Shown: positions 18,230-28,251, counted from the stretch's first letter. The stretch: 64,000 bases of DNA from Pseudomonadales bacterium (GCA_965223975.1 OZ245031.1:11892-75891); one strand, 5' to 3'. The notes: a model not told the origin generated them from the sequence alone. Numbers and translations: made by a program.

Positions 18230-20226
18230 TATTTTTTCCTATAGGGAAAGTCATCTAGCGACATACTTTGTCGAATGATTTGCAGGTCCGGATGGTTCTT
18301 ATGCAGGTCATCCGGGTAGTAAGCAAAGTTTAGGTAATCCCCGCGCAAGAATTCCTGCATCTGCTTAACCAAGAGTTCTGACGGAATTTGTTTTTGATTA
18401 CGCCAATCAATGGCCTGTAGTTCAATCACAATACGCGACTTGTCTACCCGGCTGTTATCCAAAACAGTTTGTAAATTAGCCAACCACTGATCGGGCTTGT
18501 CACTGTTTTCCATATAAGGCATGGCCATTATTGCGACATAGTCATAATACTCAGCAAAACTTTCTAAGCTTTGCGCAAACCATTCTTGTGCGTCAGTATT
18601 TATTATGGGTGAAGCGTAAATATTCCTAGCCGTAGCTAAACTAGTTTCATATCGAAGAAGAACTTGTTCTAACTCCTTGGTAAAATCATTGATCGCTTTT
18701 TCCTTGACCTTAGCCCATGCTTTTCTTTGGGCTGAACTTGATCGAAGTTCGTCAATGGTCGATGGTAATCCCATATTCTGGTAATAAGCCATAGCATCTG
18801 GACTGACATCTTCAAAATCACTTAGATAGGCATCATCGTGAAAAAGCACACCACCAAAGCTGGCGTACTTACCTAGATCTTCATATATCTCAACAATGAT
18901 TTTTTTCGCTTGTTTATTGAAGGGAGATAAACGACGATAGTTCGCCTCGGACGCTACAACTCTACCTCCCTTCCATTCTTTAACACCTAGCTTTTGATAA
19001 ACCTCGTCCCCTAAATCAAAAGCCAAGACCGGCATCCATGCAAATACTTTTACATGCGCTCTAGTTTCCAGCTGCCAAGCAACTCGATTAAACAAATCAT
19101 CCCTGACTGGAAGGTGTCTATTTTTAAAATAGAGCGAACCTGCATTACCATCTCCATCTGGGTCAGCAAAGGCTTGCAAGAAAACGGCGTTCGGCCCCAT
19201 TCGATAAATACGTTCAACCAAACGACCTACGTTATCTTCGGTTACTTTCGGATCAGGGTCGTAGATATAATCCAGGTCCACATGAACAGCTCTCAAAGAT
19301 TGTTGAGTGAGAGGTGGCTCAAAGATTGCCTTAAACCTAGCAATATCTGGGTTGCTATCGATCAGGTAACGCTGGATGTGCTCCCCAGCGTGTAATTTAT
19401 TCCGAGCATCCTTTAATACTAAGGAATGACGAAAGCCGTGCTGCTTGGCAATCTGCCAAACCTCCTCGCTGTAACGACCATAGGGCCAAACCATGGTACG
19501 CGGTGCTCGCCCCACATGCTTTTCAATCAATGCAGAACTTTTACTAAAATCTCTACTTAGTCGTTTAACATAGGAGCGATCACTCTCATATTCACCATTT
19601 TTAAACTCTCTAGTTAACGCAGCCGCCTGAGTATTTTGTTGTGGATTGGCGATCAAACCCTTGTGCAAATCATGGCTATGTGAAGCAATTTCAATTAAGC
19701 CAGAATCACTCATCTCTCGGACTTGCTTCCAAGTTAAAAAGTCTTGTCTCGGCTTTAGCTGATCCCCATAAGGTACTTTTTGGCTATTGGGCACTTCAAG
19801 CCAGGAACTAACCACTGCAAATACTGCCGGGAAATCATAGGTTTTAAGTAATGGGTAAATATGACTATAAAAACTTTTATAGCCATCATCAAAAGTCAGT
19901 AAAACCGCTTTAGGTGGCAAAGCCTTACTTCCACTCCGAGCTCGCTCAATATCATCAATAGATATCACGGAATAACCATTATTCCTTAACCATTCGAAGT
20001 GCTCAGCCAAATGCCGGGTGCTTACCGCTCCCGCATCCGCATCCAATTCTCCTACCACATCGTCCCTAACATCGTGATAACACAAGGAGATATAATCGTA
20101 GTCTTGCCATTCTAAATCCGACAAAGTACCTAAGCTTGGATTAATAAATTCTTTTTCACTTGCAATAGAAACACCGCAAACAAGCAATAAGGCAAGAAAT
20201 AAAAGCCTTTTCGTTAGAAATACCAA
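18229..20226 (-). CDS. pgaB: PNAG N-deacetylase/glycoside hydrolase PgaB
   Basis: CE4 motifs TFDDG, HSHDLH, WPYG plus C-terminal HVDLDYIYD..YYPDD domain; TTG start with GGAGG upstream. Confidence 0.94.
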   Translation of the reverse strand: MVFLTKRLLFLALLLVCGVSIASEKEFINPSLGTLSDLEWQDYDYISLCYHDVRDDVVGELDADAGAVSTRHLAEHFEWLRNNGYSVISIDDIERARSGSKALPPKAVLLTFDDGYKSFYSHIYPLLKTYDFPAVFAVVSSWLEVPNSQKVPYGDQLKPRQDFLTWKQVREMSDSGLIEIASHSHDLHKGLIANPQQNTQAAALTREFKNGEYESDRSYVKRLSRDFSKSSALIEKHVGRAPRTMVWPYGRYSEEVWQIAKQHGFRHSLVLKDARNKLHAGEHIQRYLIDSNPDIARFKAIFEPPLTQQSLRAVHVDLDYIYDPDPKVTEDNVGRLVERIYRMGPNAVFLQAFADPDGDGNAGSLYFKNRHLPVRDDLFNRVAWQLETRAHVKVFAWMPVLAFDLGDEVYQKLGVKEWKGGRVVASEANYRRLSPFNKQAKKIIVEIYEDLGKYASFGGVLFHDDAYLSDFEDVSPDAMAYYQNMGLPSTIDELRSSSAQRKAWAKVKEKAINDFTKELEQVLLRYETSLATARNIYASPIINTDAQEWFAQSLESFAEYYDYVAIMAMPYMENSDKPDQWLANLQTVLDNSRVDKSRIVIELQAIDWRNQKQIPSELLVKQMQEFLRGDYLNFAYYPDDLHKNHPDLQIIRQSMSLDDFPYRKK

Positions 20227-23200
20227 TTTACACCTCCAAAGAGCCCGTAAAAGTCTTCTTTCTCTCCACCATAAACAGATTGAGATAGAGTGCCCCCATA
20301 ATGCGCGTTCAATGTTTTATCGACTTGCCACAAATGCCGATAACTAATAGTCCAAAGCAAATCATTACCTTCACCCTTTTGATTTTGTAAAGCGATATCG
20401 GCAGAAGCTCCATGCTTAAAATGACGTTTAGAGGTTTGATAAAAGGTACCTAAATAATCTAAACCGAGCCCTATGGTCCCCAATGTTTCTGGATTAAAAT
20501 AAACGCTTGCTTGATCTTTATTTTTCTCTGCACTTAAACTCTGACGAACATCAACTGAGCGTCGAGCACTTCGAAATAAACCTTGTTTAAAGTCCATATT
20601 AAAGCGGGTACGAACATTGCCATCGGTGAAATTTCCGTAAAAAACAGAATAAGTTGATTGCCAAGTATCTCGCTTGTTGTAATGCAAGTTTACTCCGTGT
20701 GAGCGCAAACGAACTTCATCCGCATAGGCTCTAATGGGTGTTTGATCACTGTAGCTTTGGTGTAAACCAGAAACACTTAGGTGATCATCAAAAAACCATC
20801 TCCAGTCTAAACCTAGACCAAGATCCCCGCCCTGGCGCCCTTTACTTAACTCAGTCGACCAATTTAAATCACGGGACTCAGAACTAAGGCCCAAGCCAAA
20901 GCGTGTGAGCGACTCACCGCTGATTTGATTATTAGTCTTGTGAATATTTCGATTAAACACTCGATAGCGATCTTTCAACAAAGGCGAACGCAATAAACTG
21001 GTCAAGGATAAATCTCGACTGGCGAAGGCCCCGCCATCACCCTGACCAAAGCTAGCCTCTACATGAAGGGAGCCACCGCTAGTAATAGCCCAATCCTCTT
21101 GTAAGCGTGCCACGGAGTCAGATTGATAAGTAGATGTAACTAGCTTATCAATGCGTGCGGGAACCGTTTCATATTCCCGCAAGTCCATATCGGTATAAAT
21201 AGAGCCAATATTGCCTTCAAGAAACTTAGGTTCCTGGGCTTGTATCAACTCATATTCTTTTTCAGCTTTTCGCGGCAAACCTTGCCAGCGATAAACATTG
21301 GCAAGCTGATGACGAATCTCAGTATTCGCTGGTGCACGCTCTAAAAACTCCCTAAGCTTTCTTTCTGCCTCTGCAAGCTTACCTGTATAGGCAAAGTGCA
21401 TATTTTTATTCAGCTCTGCTTTCGCTTTTGCTTCATTTGGATAGTGACGTTTTTCATCCTCGGAGCTATTCCAAGGAGCATGTCGCGCATTAATCGCCTG
21501 CGCCAACTCTAATGCTTCTTGTTCTTGTAGCTTGGCTAGCAATATTTGATATTGCTGGATATCAACGGCGTCTTGAGAACGATCGATTTGATCTAAACTT
21601 TCTTGTGCTGATTCAAAATCATCCTCAAGCAAATAGGATTTTGCCGCTATTAAATGACTATCCGCAGGTAGTTCTAGCTCATAGTTCCTTAGAGCTTCAT
21701 AGGAGCGTAATAGTTCCTGATGATCCTTTTGTAGATTTAGTACCCTCAAGCGATCATTGTGAGCATTAAATATGGCCTGTTTATTACCTGGTAGCTTACG
21801 CTTAATAAAATTAAAGTTCTCTTCACTATATTGCTCAGCCTTGGCTATTCGTAGTTGATGTTCTTCTACATCCGGCTCGTACAGTTCGGCCCAGCGAATC
21901 GCTATCGCCGAACGATCGGCATACAGCCATTTCCAATGCTCTTTTTCAAACACCGCCGGGTTGTCTTGAGCTAAGTCGAAAGCAGTCTCCGCCGAACCAA
22001 AGGACAAAAGGGTCATAACCCATTTTCGATAGGCCCAATGCTCTTTTGGCAAATCTTCAAGAATATTTTGGTAAAAGCTAAGGGCTTCAACTCTACGGTT
22101 TTGACGTTCCAAACTGACACCGTAGGCAGCCATAATTTCTTCATTAGCAGGATAATCTTTTCTTAGACCCTCCAAAATACCATGAGACTTTTGGTATTCA
22201 CCTAATTTAGCCAGCACCAATGATTGCCCTAAAGGAAATTGAGCATTGCTGGGAAATTTTCTTGCGCCCAAAGTATAAAGCTCCAAAGCCTGGTCGTTCT
22301 GCCCTTGTAAACGAGCAGACAAGGCAATGCTCTCCAATTCTGCCTCACTTAACTTTGAGCGGTGCACCTGAGGGAGAATATCAAGTGCTTCTTCATGCCT
22401 TTCCGTTTGACTTAAAAGATACATAGACTCTTGGTTTACCCATGACTGTTTAGGGTGAGCGGCCTTTAAACGAAGTAAATTTCTCAATCGATCCTGATCA
22501 CCAACTGAAGCTTTGTTATTTAAATAAGCCCAAGTTTCGAAACCCTCTGAACTCGACTGCTTTTTCAAAACACTTTCTTGTACTAATAATGCTTCTCGCC
22601 AACGCTTTTGAGCTCTAAAGCGCTCCCTCCTATCTAACAGCACAGAGCTTCTATCTGCATATGCACTTGTACTCGAATTTTGCTGCTCCAAGGCATCAAC
22701 TCCCGTAGTTGGCTCAGCAATCGTATTCGCTACAAATCGAGCCTGAGCAAAATATCCCATATCGCGTAATGTTGCTGCGAGCCCGTCCCGAGCATCTTGA
22801 TTGCTGGGATCATGTTCCAAACTCTTTTTATAAAGTATTTTTGCACCTTCATATCGCTGTTGGTTTCTCATACTCTTAGCAACGTTATTCAGTGTGTAGA
22901 CGGGAGCTTTGTTTAAATCAGAACTTCTCCAACTCTCTAGCACCAAAGCATCCTTATCTTGCCAAGCGAGTATCGTCATTAATTCATAGCGCGCTCTTTG
23001 ATCTTTGGGATAAACATCTAAGTGCTGTTTTAAATTAGCTTCAGCCTTAGCAGCTTGTCCATCGCGCGCAATCTGGACCTGTTGATCAAGCCAAAGCTCT
23101 CTGGCTAATTTCCTATCTGGGTCACGACGATAAACCGTCTCGACAAAACCCTGCCCTTCGGCTGCATCGATCTCATTATATTTTGAAACTAGACGCAGCA

Positions 23201-23732
23201 GATCCTCGTCACCAAGATTCTGAATCGGCTGCATATGATCCAAGATTCGCAAAGCCAACGCTTGCTGATTCATAGCGATTAATTCGTTCACAGTCAGCCA
23301 ATAGCTATCTAAGATTTTTGGCTGGTCTTCGTTCACGTAGTGCTTCGACAAGGCATGAGAAAATACTGATACTTGATCCCAGTCCTTCTCGGCCCAAGCG
23401 GCATTGAACATCGACTCCAAAAAGTACTCTGGAGACTCATCAAGGTTTACATGCTTGATCAATGAGAGTGCTTCGTGGTTTTTTCCTTGCCAATGCAAAA
23501 CCACTAAGTAGTCCTCCCAAAGACCTTGATCATCTTTGGCATATTCGGCGAGGGTCAAAAGGCGTATGGCCGAGTTTTCTAAATCGCCTTGTCGCGCCAG
23601 TTTAACAGCACTCTCTTGTGCCACTTTGAGATCAGATTCAGAATAGATAGGTGAGCGAAACATTTCATACACCATGAAATAAATCAAAGCAAAATTGAGC
23701 AAAACCACTGCAAGCTTTTGAAACAAATTCAC
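20214..23732 (-). CDS. pgaA: PNAG export porin PgaA (extended TPR region plus beta-barrel)
   Basis: TPR-like helices, APAN..ANVYRWQGLPRKA and YFNP motifs, C-terminal NWYF; first gene of the pga operon. Confidence 0.88.
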   Translation of the reverse strand: MNLFQKLAVVLLNFALIYFMVYEMFRSPIYSESDLKVAQESAVKLARQGDLENSAIRLLTLAEYAKDDQGLWEDYLVVLHWQGKNHEALSLIKHVNLDESPEYFLESMFNAAWAEKDWDQVSVFSHALSKHYVNEDQPKILDSYWLTVNELIAMNQQALALRILDHMQPIQNLGDEDLLRLVSKYNEIDAAEGQGFVETVYRRDPDRKLARELWLDQQVQIARDGQAAKAEANLKQHLDVYPKDQRARYELMTILAWQDKDALVLESWRSSDLNKAPVYTLNNVAKSMRNQQRYEGAKILYKKSLEHDPSNQDARDGLAATLRDMGYFAQARFVANTIAEPTTGVDALEQQNSSTSAYADRSSVLLDRRERFRAQKRWREALLVQESVLKKQSSSEGFETWAYLNNKASVGDQDRLRNLLRLKAAHPKQSWVNQESMYLLSQTERHEEALDILPQVHRSKLSEAELESIALSARLQGQNDQALELYTLGARKFPSNAQFPLGQSLVLAKLGEYQKSHGILEGLRKDYPANEEIMAAYGVSLERQNRRVEALSFYQNILEDLPKEHWAYRKWVMTLLSFGSAETAFDLAQDNPAVFEKEHWKWLYADRSAIAIRWAELYEPDVEEHQLRIAKAEQYSEENFNFIKRKLPGNKQAIFNAHNDRLRVLNLQKDHQELLRSYEALRNYELELPADSHLIAAKSYLLEDDFESAQESLDQIDRSQDAVDIQQYQILLAKLQEQEALELAQAINARHAPWNSSEDEKRHYPNEAKAKAELNKNMHFAYTGKLAEAERKLREFLERAPANTEIRHQLANVYRWQGLPRKAEKEYELIQAQEPKFLEGNIGSIYTDMDLREYETVPARIDKLVTSTYQSDSVARLQEDWAITSGGSLHVEASFGQGDGGAFASRDLSLTSLLRSPLLKDRYRVFNRNIHKTNNQISGESLTRFGLGLSSESRDLNWSTELSKGRQGGDLGLGLDWRWFFDDHLSVSGLHQSYSDQTPIRAYADEVRLRSHGVNLHYNKRDTWQSTYSVFYGNFTDGNVRTRFNMDFKQGLFRSARRSVDVRQSLSAEKNKDQASVYFNPETLGTIGLGLDYLGTFYQTSKRHFKHGASADIALQNQKGEGNDLLWTISYRHLWQVDKTLNAHYGGTLSQSVYGGEKEDFYGLFGGVNWYF

Positions 23733-23856
23733 AACTTATCCTTAATCAGGGGAATAACGTTTTTTGCACAGCCCCCCCCCTTTATCCTTTCGACCCGAGG
23801 TAACCCATTATTTGCTCTTTTTGGCAACTTCCTTAACTGCGTTTTCAGGCGCGCGA

Positions 23857-23886
23857 ATTATACTAGTAAGGCATTACTGGAGACAA
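23857..23886 (-). promoter_or_regulatory. Candidate sigma70 promoter of pgaABCD
   Basis: Minus strand TTGTCT-18 bp-TATAAT followed by GC-rich TCGCGCGCC, about 125 bp upstream of the pgaA GTG. Confidence 0.55.
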
Positions 23887-24136
23887 AGTCGGATTAACAA
23901 AAACGTGAACTGGTTTGCAACAAAAGACCCTCTAGTTTCAGCGCCTAACCCATAGGGGTGATGGCTAGGCTTTACATTTCGCTTCGGTGGCCTATTTCGG
24001 TTTGGATTACGCCTGTAAAAAAGGAACGTAAAGCGACAAAATGATCGATTTATTTTCGGACTGCTGCCGCGCTTGTCACTACACTTTTTTTGACCGGAGA
24101 CTTAAGCTAAATCAACTATCAGACACGAGGTGATGT

Positions 24137-25102
24137 ATGAGTTTAGATCCAGTTAAAATGTTAGACCGCTGTGAAAATGGCCAATGGGATGTCAATGACT
24201 TTGACTGGTCACAAACGCCAACCGTTCAGCTATCAAAAGAAGACGAAATGCGGGTGGTGCAACTTTATCTAAATATGTCCTACATCGAGCTTTTAGCCGG
24301 GGATTTGTTTAAAGCACTAAGGGATCGAATGGAAGATCCAACGCTTAAGGCAATATACAATTGGTGCTACATTGACGAGCAGCGTCATAGTGAAGCCGCT
24401 GCAAAGCTTGCAAAATACTTTGACCAAAATCAGTACAAGGTTTACACCCCGAACGTGCCGATGCTGAAATTTATTCCTTACTTTTCTGGCGCAGTGAGAA
24501 CACTCAACCCAGCTGTCGCCAACATGTTTATTTTAACCGGTGAATTAATTCTAGATATCGCCCTATTGCGCGGCTTAAACAATTACGTTGAAGATCCTCT
24601 TAGCCGTGAAGTGGTTGAGCGCATCAACTCTGATGAATCTCGTCATTTAGCTATGGACTTTTTTATGGCTGAATACTGCTCAGAGAACAATATGTCTATT
24701 CGTACGGGAAAAACCAAAAAAGGCATATTCAATCGAGACCTTCAAGGTATGGCTATGTTTGGCCCCTCTTTCTTTAACGAAGTATTTTTTAGACCGATGG
24801 AAGTACTCGACCCCGACAATGTTCAAATGGAATCGGTCGCTAGAAGACTGCGCCGTTTTTATTTGCGCGACGAAGTTCAAAAGAACCCTACGGTTAAACC
24901 TTTTAACGCAACCGCTGACATGTTTGAAACCGCCCTTGGGCGTCGTGCAGGCTGGGCTTTGCGCAAAACCATCAAACGAGTATCTGGCGTAGACTTTGAT
25001 TTTGTCAAAGCCGGCGCATCTGACAAAATCGGTCTAAACAAAGGTAAAAACAAAGGTGGAACCGAACTAGCTGATGAGATTTTAAAAGAAGAAGTCGCCT
25101 AA
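24137..25102 (+). CDS. Ferritin-like diiron-carboxylate protein of unknown function
   Basis: Two E-x~30-DExRH units (IDEQRH, SDESRH); GAGG RBS. Confidence 0.75.
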   Translation: MSLDPVKMLDRCENGQWDVNDFDWSQTPTVQLSKEDEMRVVQLYLNMSYIELLAGDLFKALRDRMEDPTLKAIYNWCYIDEQRHSEAAAKLAKYFDQNQYKVYTPNVPMLKFIPYFSGAVRTLNPAVANMFILTGELILDIALLRGLNNYVEDPLSREVVERINSDESRHLAMDFFMAEYCSENNMSIRTGKTKKGIFNRDLQGMAMFGPSFFNEVFFRPMEVLDPDNVQMESVARRLRRFYLRDEVQKNPTVKPFNATADMFETALGRRAGWALRKTIKRVSGVDFDFVKAGASDKIGLNKGKNKGGTELADEILKEEVA

Positions 25103-25128
25103 TCTACCTTCCAAAATACCTTGAGCGC

Positions 25129-25878
25129 TTATCTAAAGCGCTCATAAAGCCCATCACGCCATTCGATCAAATCTTTAAACTCATCCGCTAGCTCATGGTG
25201 AGTCCAAGCCTCTATGTTATGCTTATCCCAATCGAGATATTTGGGGTCCACCGGTTTTATGCACTGTAAAACAGCACACATACTCATATCCGCATAACTG
25301 AAGTTGTCTAGTATATAACCCCTGGAGTCTGACAACTCTATACGAAGCGAAGACAATGATTTTCTCAAATGCTCGTCCCCTCCTTCCAAGTCAACCTGAT
25401 ACTTTTTCTCCAATAGAGATAAAACCATCTTTGTACTACTTCCGAGATAAGGACGTAGAGCTTTTGGTACAAAAGGAGGAAGGTTATTTTTTAATAACTC
25501 TTTATTCCCTTTCATTACCGGTATCGCTTGACTGCGACGTATGGAACACAGCTCTTCACTTAACTCATCCCAACGCTTAATTTCGCTCAAAAATTTCTGC
25601 GGAAAGATATCGGGCTTTGACTGATCTCGCTCACCATTGGCGTGGGCAGCGATCTCCATCGCATTTTTATAGACCTCACCTCTGCCACTTTGTTTTTCAA
25701 TTAAAATAGGCACGGTTAGACGCGAGGAAAAATTTCTAGACAACAACCGAGCTTTAGGTATAGACAAAAGCGGCAGATATAGATCGGTTTTGTAAGAGTG
25801 CCCACAGTAATCTAAGGCCCAACGCGCTTTCTCTGACCAAGGCGAAGATGGGAAATAAATAAAATGATCCGGCTGCAT
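25129..25878 (-). CDS. Glutathione S-transferase family protein
   Basis: SPWSEKARWALD, TVPIL and FSYAD motifs. Confidence 0.85.
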   Translation of the reverse strand: MQPDHFIYFPSSPWSEKARWALDYCGHSYKTDLYLPLLSIPKARLLSRNFSSRLTVPILIEKQSGRGEVYKNAMEIAAHANGERDQSKPDIFPQKFLSEIKRWDELSEELCSIRRSQAIPVMKGNKELLKNNLPPFVPKALRPYLGSSTKMVLSLLEKKYQVDLEGGDEHLRKSLSSLRIELSDSRGYILDNFSYADMSMCAVLQCIKPVDPKYLDWDKHNIEAWTHHELADEFKDLIEWRDGLYERFR

Positions 25879-25929
25879 AGTTCGCTCCGAGGGTTGCTTT
25901 AAAGGAACGAATTTTAATTACTGAAGTGA

Positions 25930-26514
25930 CTATTTGCCTTGATTTTTGTTAAGTGCGCGCTTTGCTCGACTTAAGGATTCAGGCGGCACACCAAGATAAG
26001 ACGCCACATGCATGGCTGGGGTTCGATCAATAATCGACTGCTCCATATGCGTCAAAAAATACCTTAAGCGATCTTCGACTGATTTGTGCTGGATCGTGAG
26101 CAGACGCCGTTCCATAGAAAGGTAGTGCCGCTGGGCTGTTATCAAAACAAGTTCTTTAAAACCCGATGACGACGCTGACAAACGATCAACATCTTCTCTT
26201 GATAAATAGTAACCCTCGCAGGGTTCTATCGCTTGCACCGTTTCAATAGAAGGCTCTTGAGTGATATAGCTTGAGTAGGCAGCGACCAAGGAGACTTCAG
26301 ATAATAACCTCAAATTCACCTCCTTATCGTCATGCAGATAATGGCAGCGCACTAGCCCTTTTTCTAAGATAAAAACACCATTACATACTTCCCCCGCCCG
26401 AAATAGCATTTCATCTTTTTCATAACACTTTGGTTTAGAAATAGCCGCTAAAGATTCCAAATCTTCTGCAGATAATCCGGGGACAGCCTCGAGATAAGAC
26501 AAGATATTTTGCAT
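25930..26514 (-). CDS. Crp/Fnr family transcriptional regulator
   Basis: cNMP-like N-domain (LFRAGEVC..LEKGLVR) and HTH VASYLGVPPESLSR. Confidence 0.9.
   Translation of the reverse strand: MQNILSYLEAVPGLSAEDLESLAAISKPKCYEKDEMLFRAGEVCNGVFILEKGLVRCHYLHDDKEVNLRLLSEVSLVAAYSSYITQEPSIETVQAIEPCEGYYLSREDVDRLSASSSGFKELVLITAQRHYLSMERRLLTIQHKSVEDRLRYFLTHMEQSIIDRTPAMHVASYLGVPPESLSRAKRALNKNQGK
25939..25952 (-). promoter_or_regulatory. Fnr-like box for the GST gene (class II geometry)
   Basis: TTGAT-TTTT-GTTAA centred at -41.5 relative to the TSS implied by a minus-strand TAAAAT at 25911-25916. Confidence 0.6.
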
Positions 26515-26658
26515 ATATATCAGCCAAAAACATTCAATTTAGGTCAATAGACAAAATATACACTTGCCGACTAACAAATGTTAAGTACTAGTTTGAAAGA
26601 ACCCGTAAATGGGTTCACTATTACTCGATCTAGTAGAGCAAACTATAGGGGAAGAAGC

Positions 26659-28074
26659 ATGAGCGCAGTCGAAGAACTAGTCACTGATCGTAAGTCAGAA
26701 ATGGAAGATATTCTTGCAAGACAAAAAGAGGCGCATATTGCTAACGGGCGCGTTAGCACACGCACTCGTATCGACCGACTGGATCGATCCATCGACCTAC
26801 TCAAACGCAATAAACGCAAAATTATTGAGGCGCTGAATGAGGACTTTGGTGTTCGCTGTGTTCACCAAAGCAAACTTAGCGAGATCGATGCCTCTGTCGC
26901 GCCACTCAAAGATGCTAAAAAGCATATATCCTCATGGATGAAGGCCGAAAAGAGAAAAACCATGACACCACTTGGATTAATGGGCGCTAAAGCAAGAGTT
27001 GAGTTTCAGCCACTGGGCACTGTGGGTGTCATTAGTCCTTGGAACTTTCCGGTCAACCTCACCTTTACGCCACTTGCGGGCATCTTATCCGCGGGTAATC
27101 GTGTCATGATCAAACCTTCTGAGTTCACCCCTGCCTGCTCAGAATTGATGGCCGAGATGTTTGCCAGTTCATTTGACGAGGAAGAAATTGCAGTGTTCAC
27201 CGGTGGCCCAGAAGTTGGAGCGGCGTTTTCAGGTTTAGCCTTTGATCACTTACTATTTACTGGCGCCACTTCGATAGCTAAACACGTAATGCGTGCCGCA
27301 TCAGAGAACTTGGTTCCGCTAACACTCGAGCTTGGAGGCAAATCGCCAGTGATTGTAGGGCGAAGTGCATCGACCAGTGTCGTCGCTGATCGCTTATTAA
27401 TTGGTAAGACACTTAATGCTGGACAAATTTGCCTAGCCCCAGACTATGTTTATGTGGCGGAAGAAAAACGAGACAAGCTAGTCGCCGCCATTAAAAAGAA
27501 CATCTCTAAAATGTATCCGAGCATGAAAGACAATGATGATTACACTTCCATCATCAATGAGCGCCATCGCTCCCGCCTTCAATCCTATATTGACGATGCT
27601 CAAGAAAAAGGGGCTGAGGTTATCCAGATCAATCCTTCTAATGAAGATTTTTCTAATCAAAAGCACAATAAGATCCCCTTTACTGTCGTGCTTGACGCCA
27701 CCGAGGATATGAAGGTGCTTCAAGACGAGATCTTCGGGCCAATTCTACCAATCAAAACCTATAAACGAGTCAGCGAAGCGGTTGACTACATCAACTCACG
27801 CCCTCGGCCCCTTGGCCTTTACTATTTCGGCCATGACTCTAAAGAAGAACGAATGATCTTAGACAACACCACCTCGGGTGGAGTCACCATCAACGATGTC
27901 ATCATGCACATCGCACAAGAGGATCTACCCTTTGGCGGTGTGGGTCCAAGCGGCATGGGCTCCTACCATGGGCACGATGGTTTTAAGACATTCAGCCACA
28001 AAAAAGCGGTGTTCAAACAGACTAAGGTCGATATCGCTACCTTAGCGGGTATGCGCGCTCCTTTTAAAAAATAG
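26659..28074 (+). CDS. calB: Coniferyl/fatty aldehyde dehydrogenase (ALDH3-like)
   Basis: PWNFP, KPSE, FTG, LELGGKSP, GQICLAPDY, EIFGP, PFGGVGPSG. Probable start ATG 26659 after GGGGAAG. Confidence 0.85.
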   Translation: MSAVEELVTDRKSEMEDILARQKEAHIANGRVSTRTRIDRLDRSIDLLKRNKRKIIEALNEDFGVRCVHQSKLSEIDASVAPLKDAKKHISSWMKAEKRKTMTPLGLMGAKARVEFQPLGTVGVISPWNFPVNLTFTPLAGILSAGNRVMIKPSEFTPACSELMAEMFASSFDEEEIAVFTGGPEVGAAFSGLAFDHLLFTGATSIAKHVMRAASENLVPLTLELGGKSPVIVGRSASTSVVADRLLIGKTLNAGQICLAPDYVYVAEEKRDKLVAAIKKNISKMYPSMKDNDDYTSIINERHRSRLQSYIDDAQEKGAEVIQINPSNEDFSNQKHNKIPFTVVLDATEDMKVLQDEIFGPILPIKTYKRVSEAVDYINSRPRPLGLYYFGHDSKEERMILDNTTSGGVTINDVIMHIAQEDLPFGGVGPSGMGSYHGHDGFKTFSHKKAVFKQTKVDIATLAGMRAPFKK

Positions 28075-28080
28075 TCCTAT

Positions 28081-28117
28081 AAGGCCAGTGGGGGATTACT
28101 CTTTCACTGGCCTTTAT
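28081..28117 (+). terminator. Intrinsic terminator after the aldehyde dehydrogenase
   Basis: AAGGCCAGTG..CACTGGCCTT stem followed by TTTATT. Confidence 0.65.
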
Positions 28118-28251
28118 TCCCCTCGATTGTTTGGTTAGGATAGCTTTAGCAAAATTAGCGCAGTACCCAATACTAAGAATAAATCTAATAAAAGCAGCTA
28201 TTGGGATTTCATCCACCTACCGGCCATCTGTGATGGCGTGTCGAGGTCAAA

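Noticed and set aside
23880-24130. c-di-GMP riboswitch upstream of pga
   Set aside because: No convincing GCAAACC..GAAA..GG..GCAAAG architecture on either strand by eye; an Infernal/Rfam scan would be decisive.
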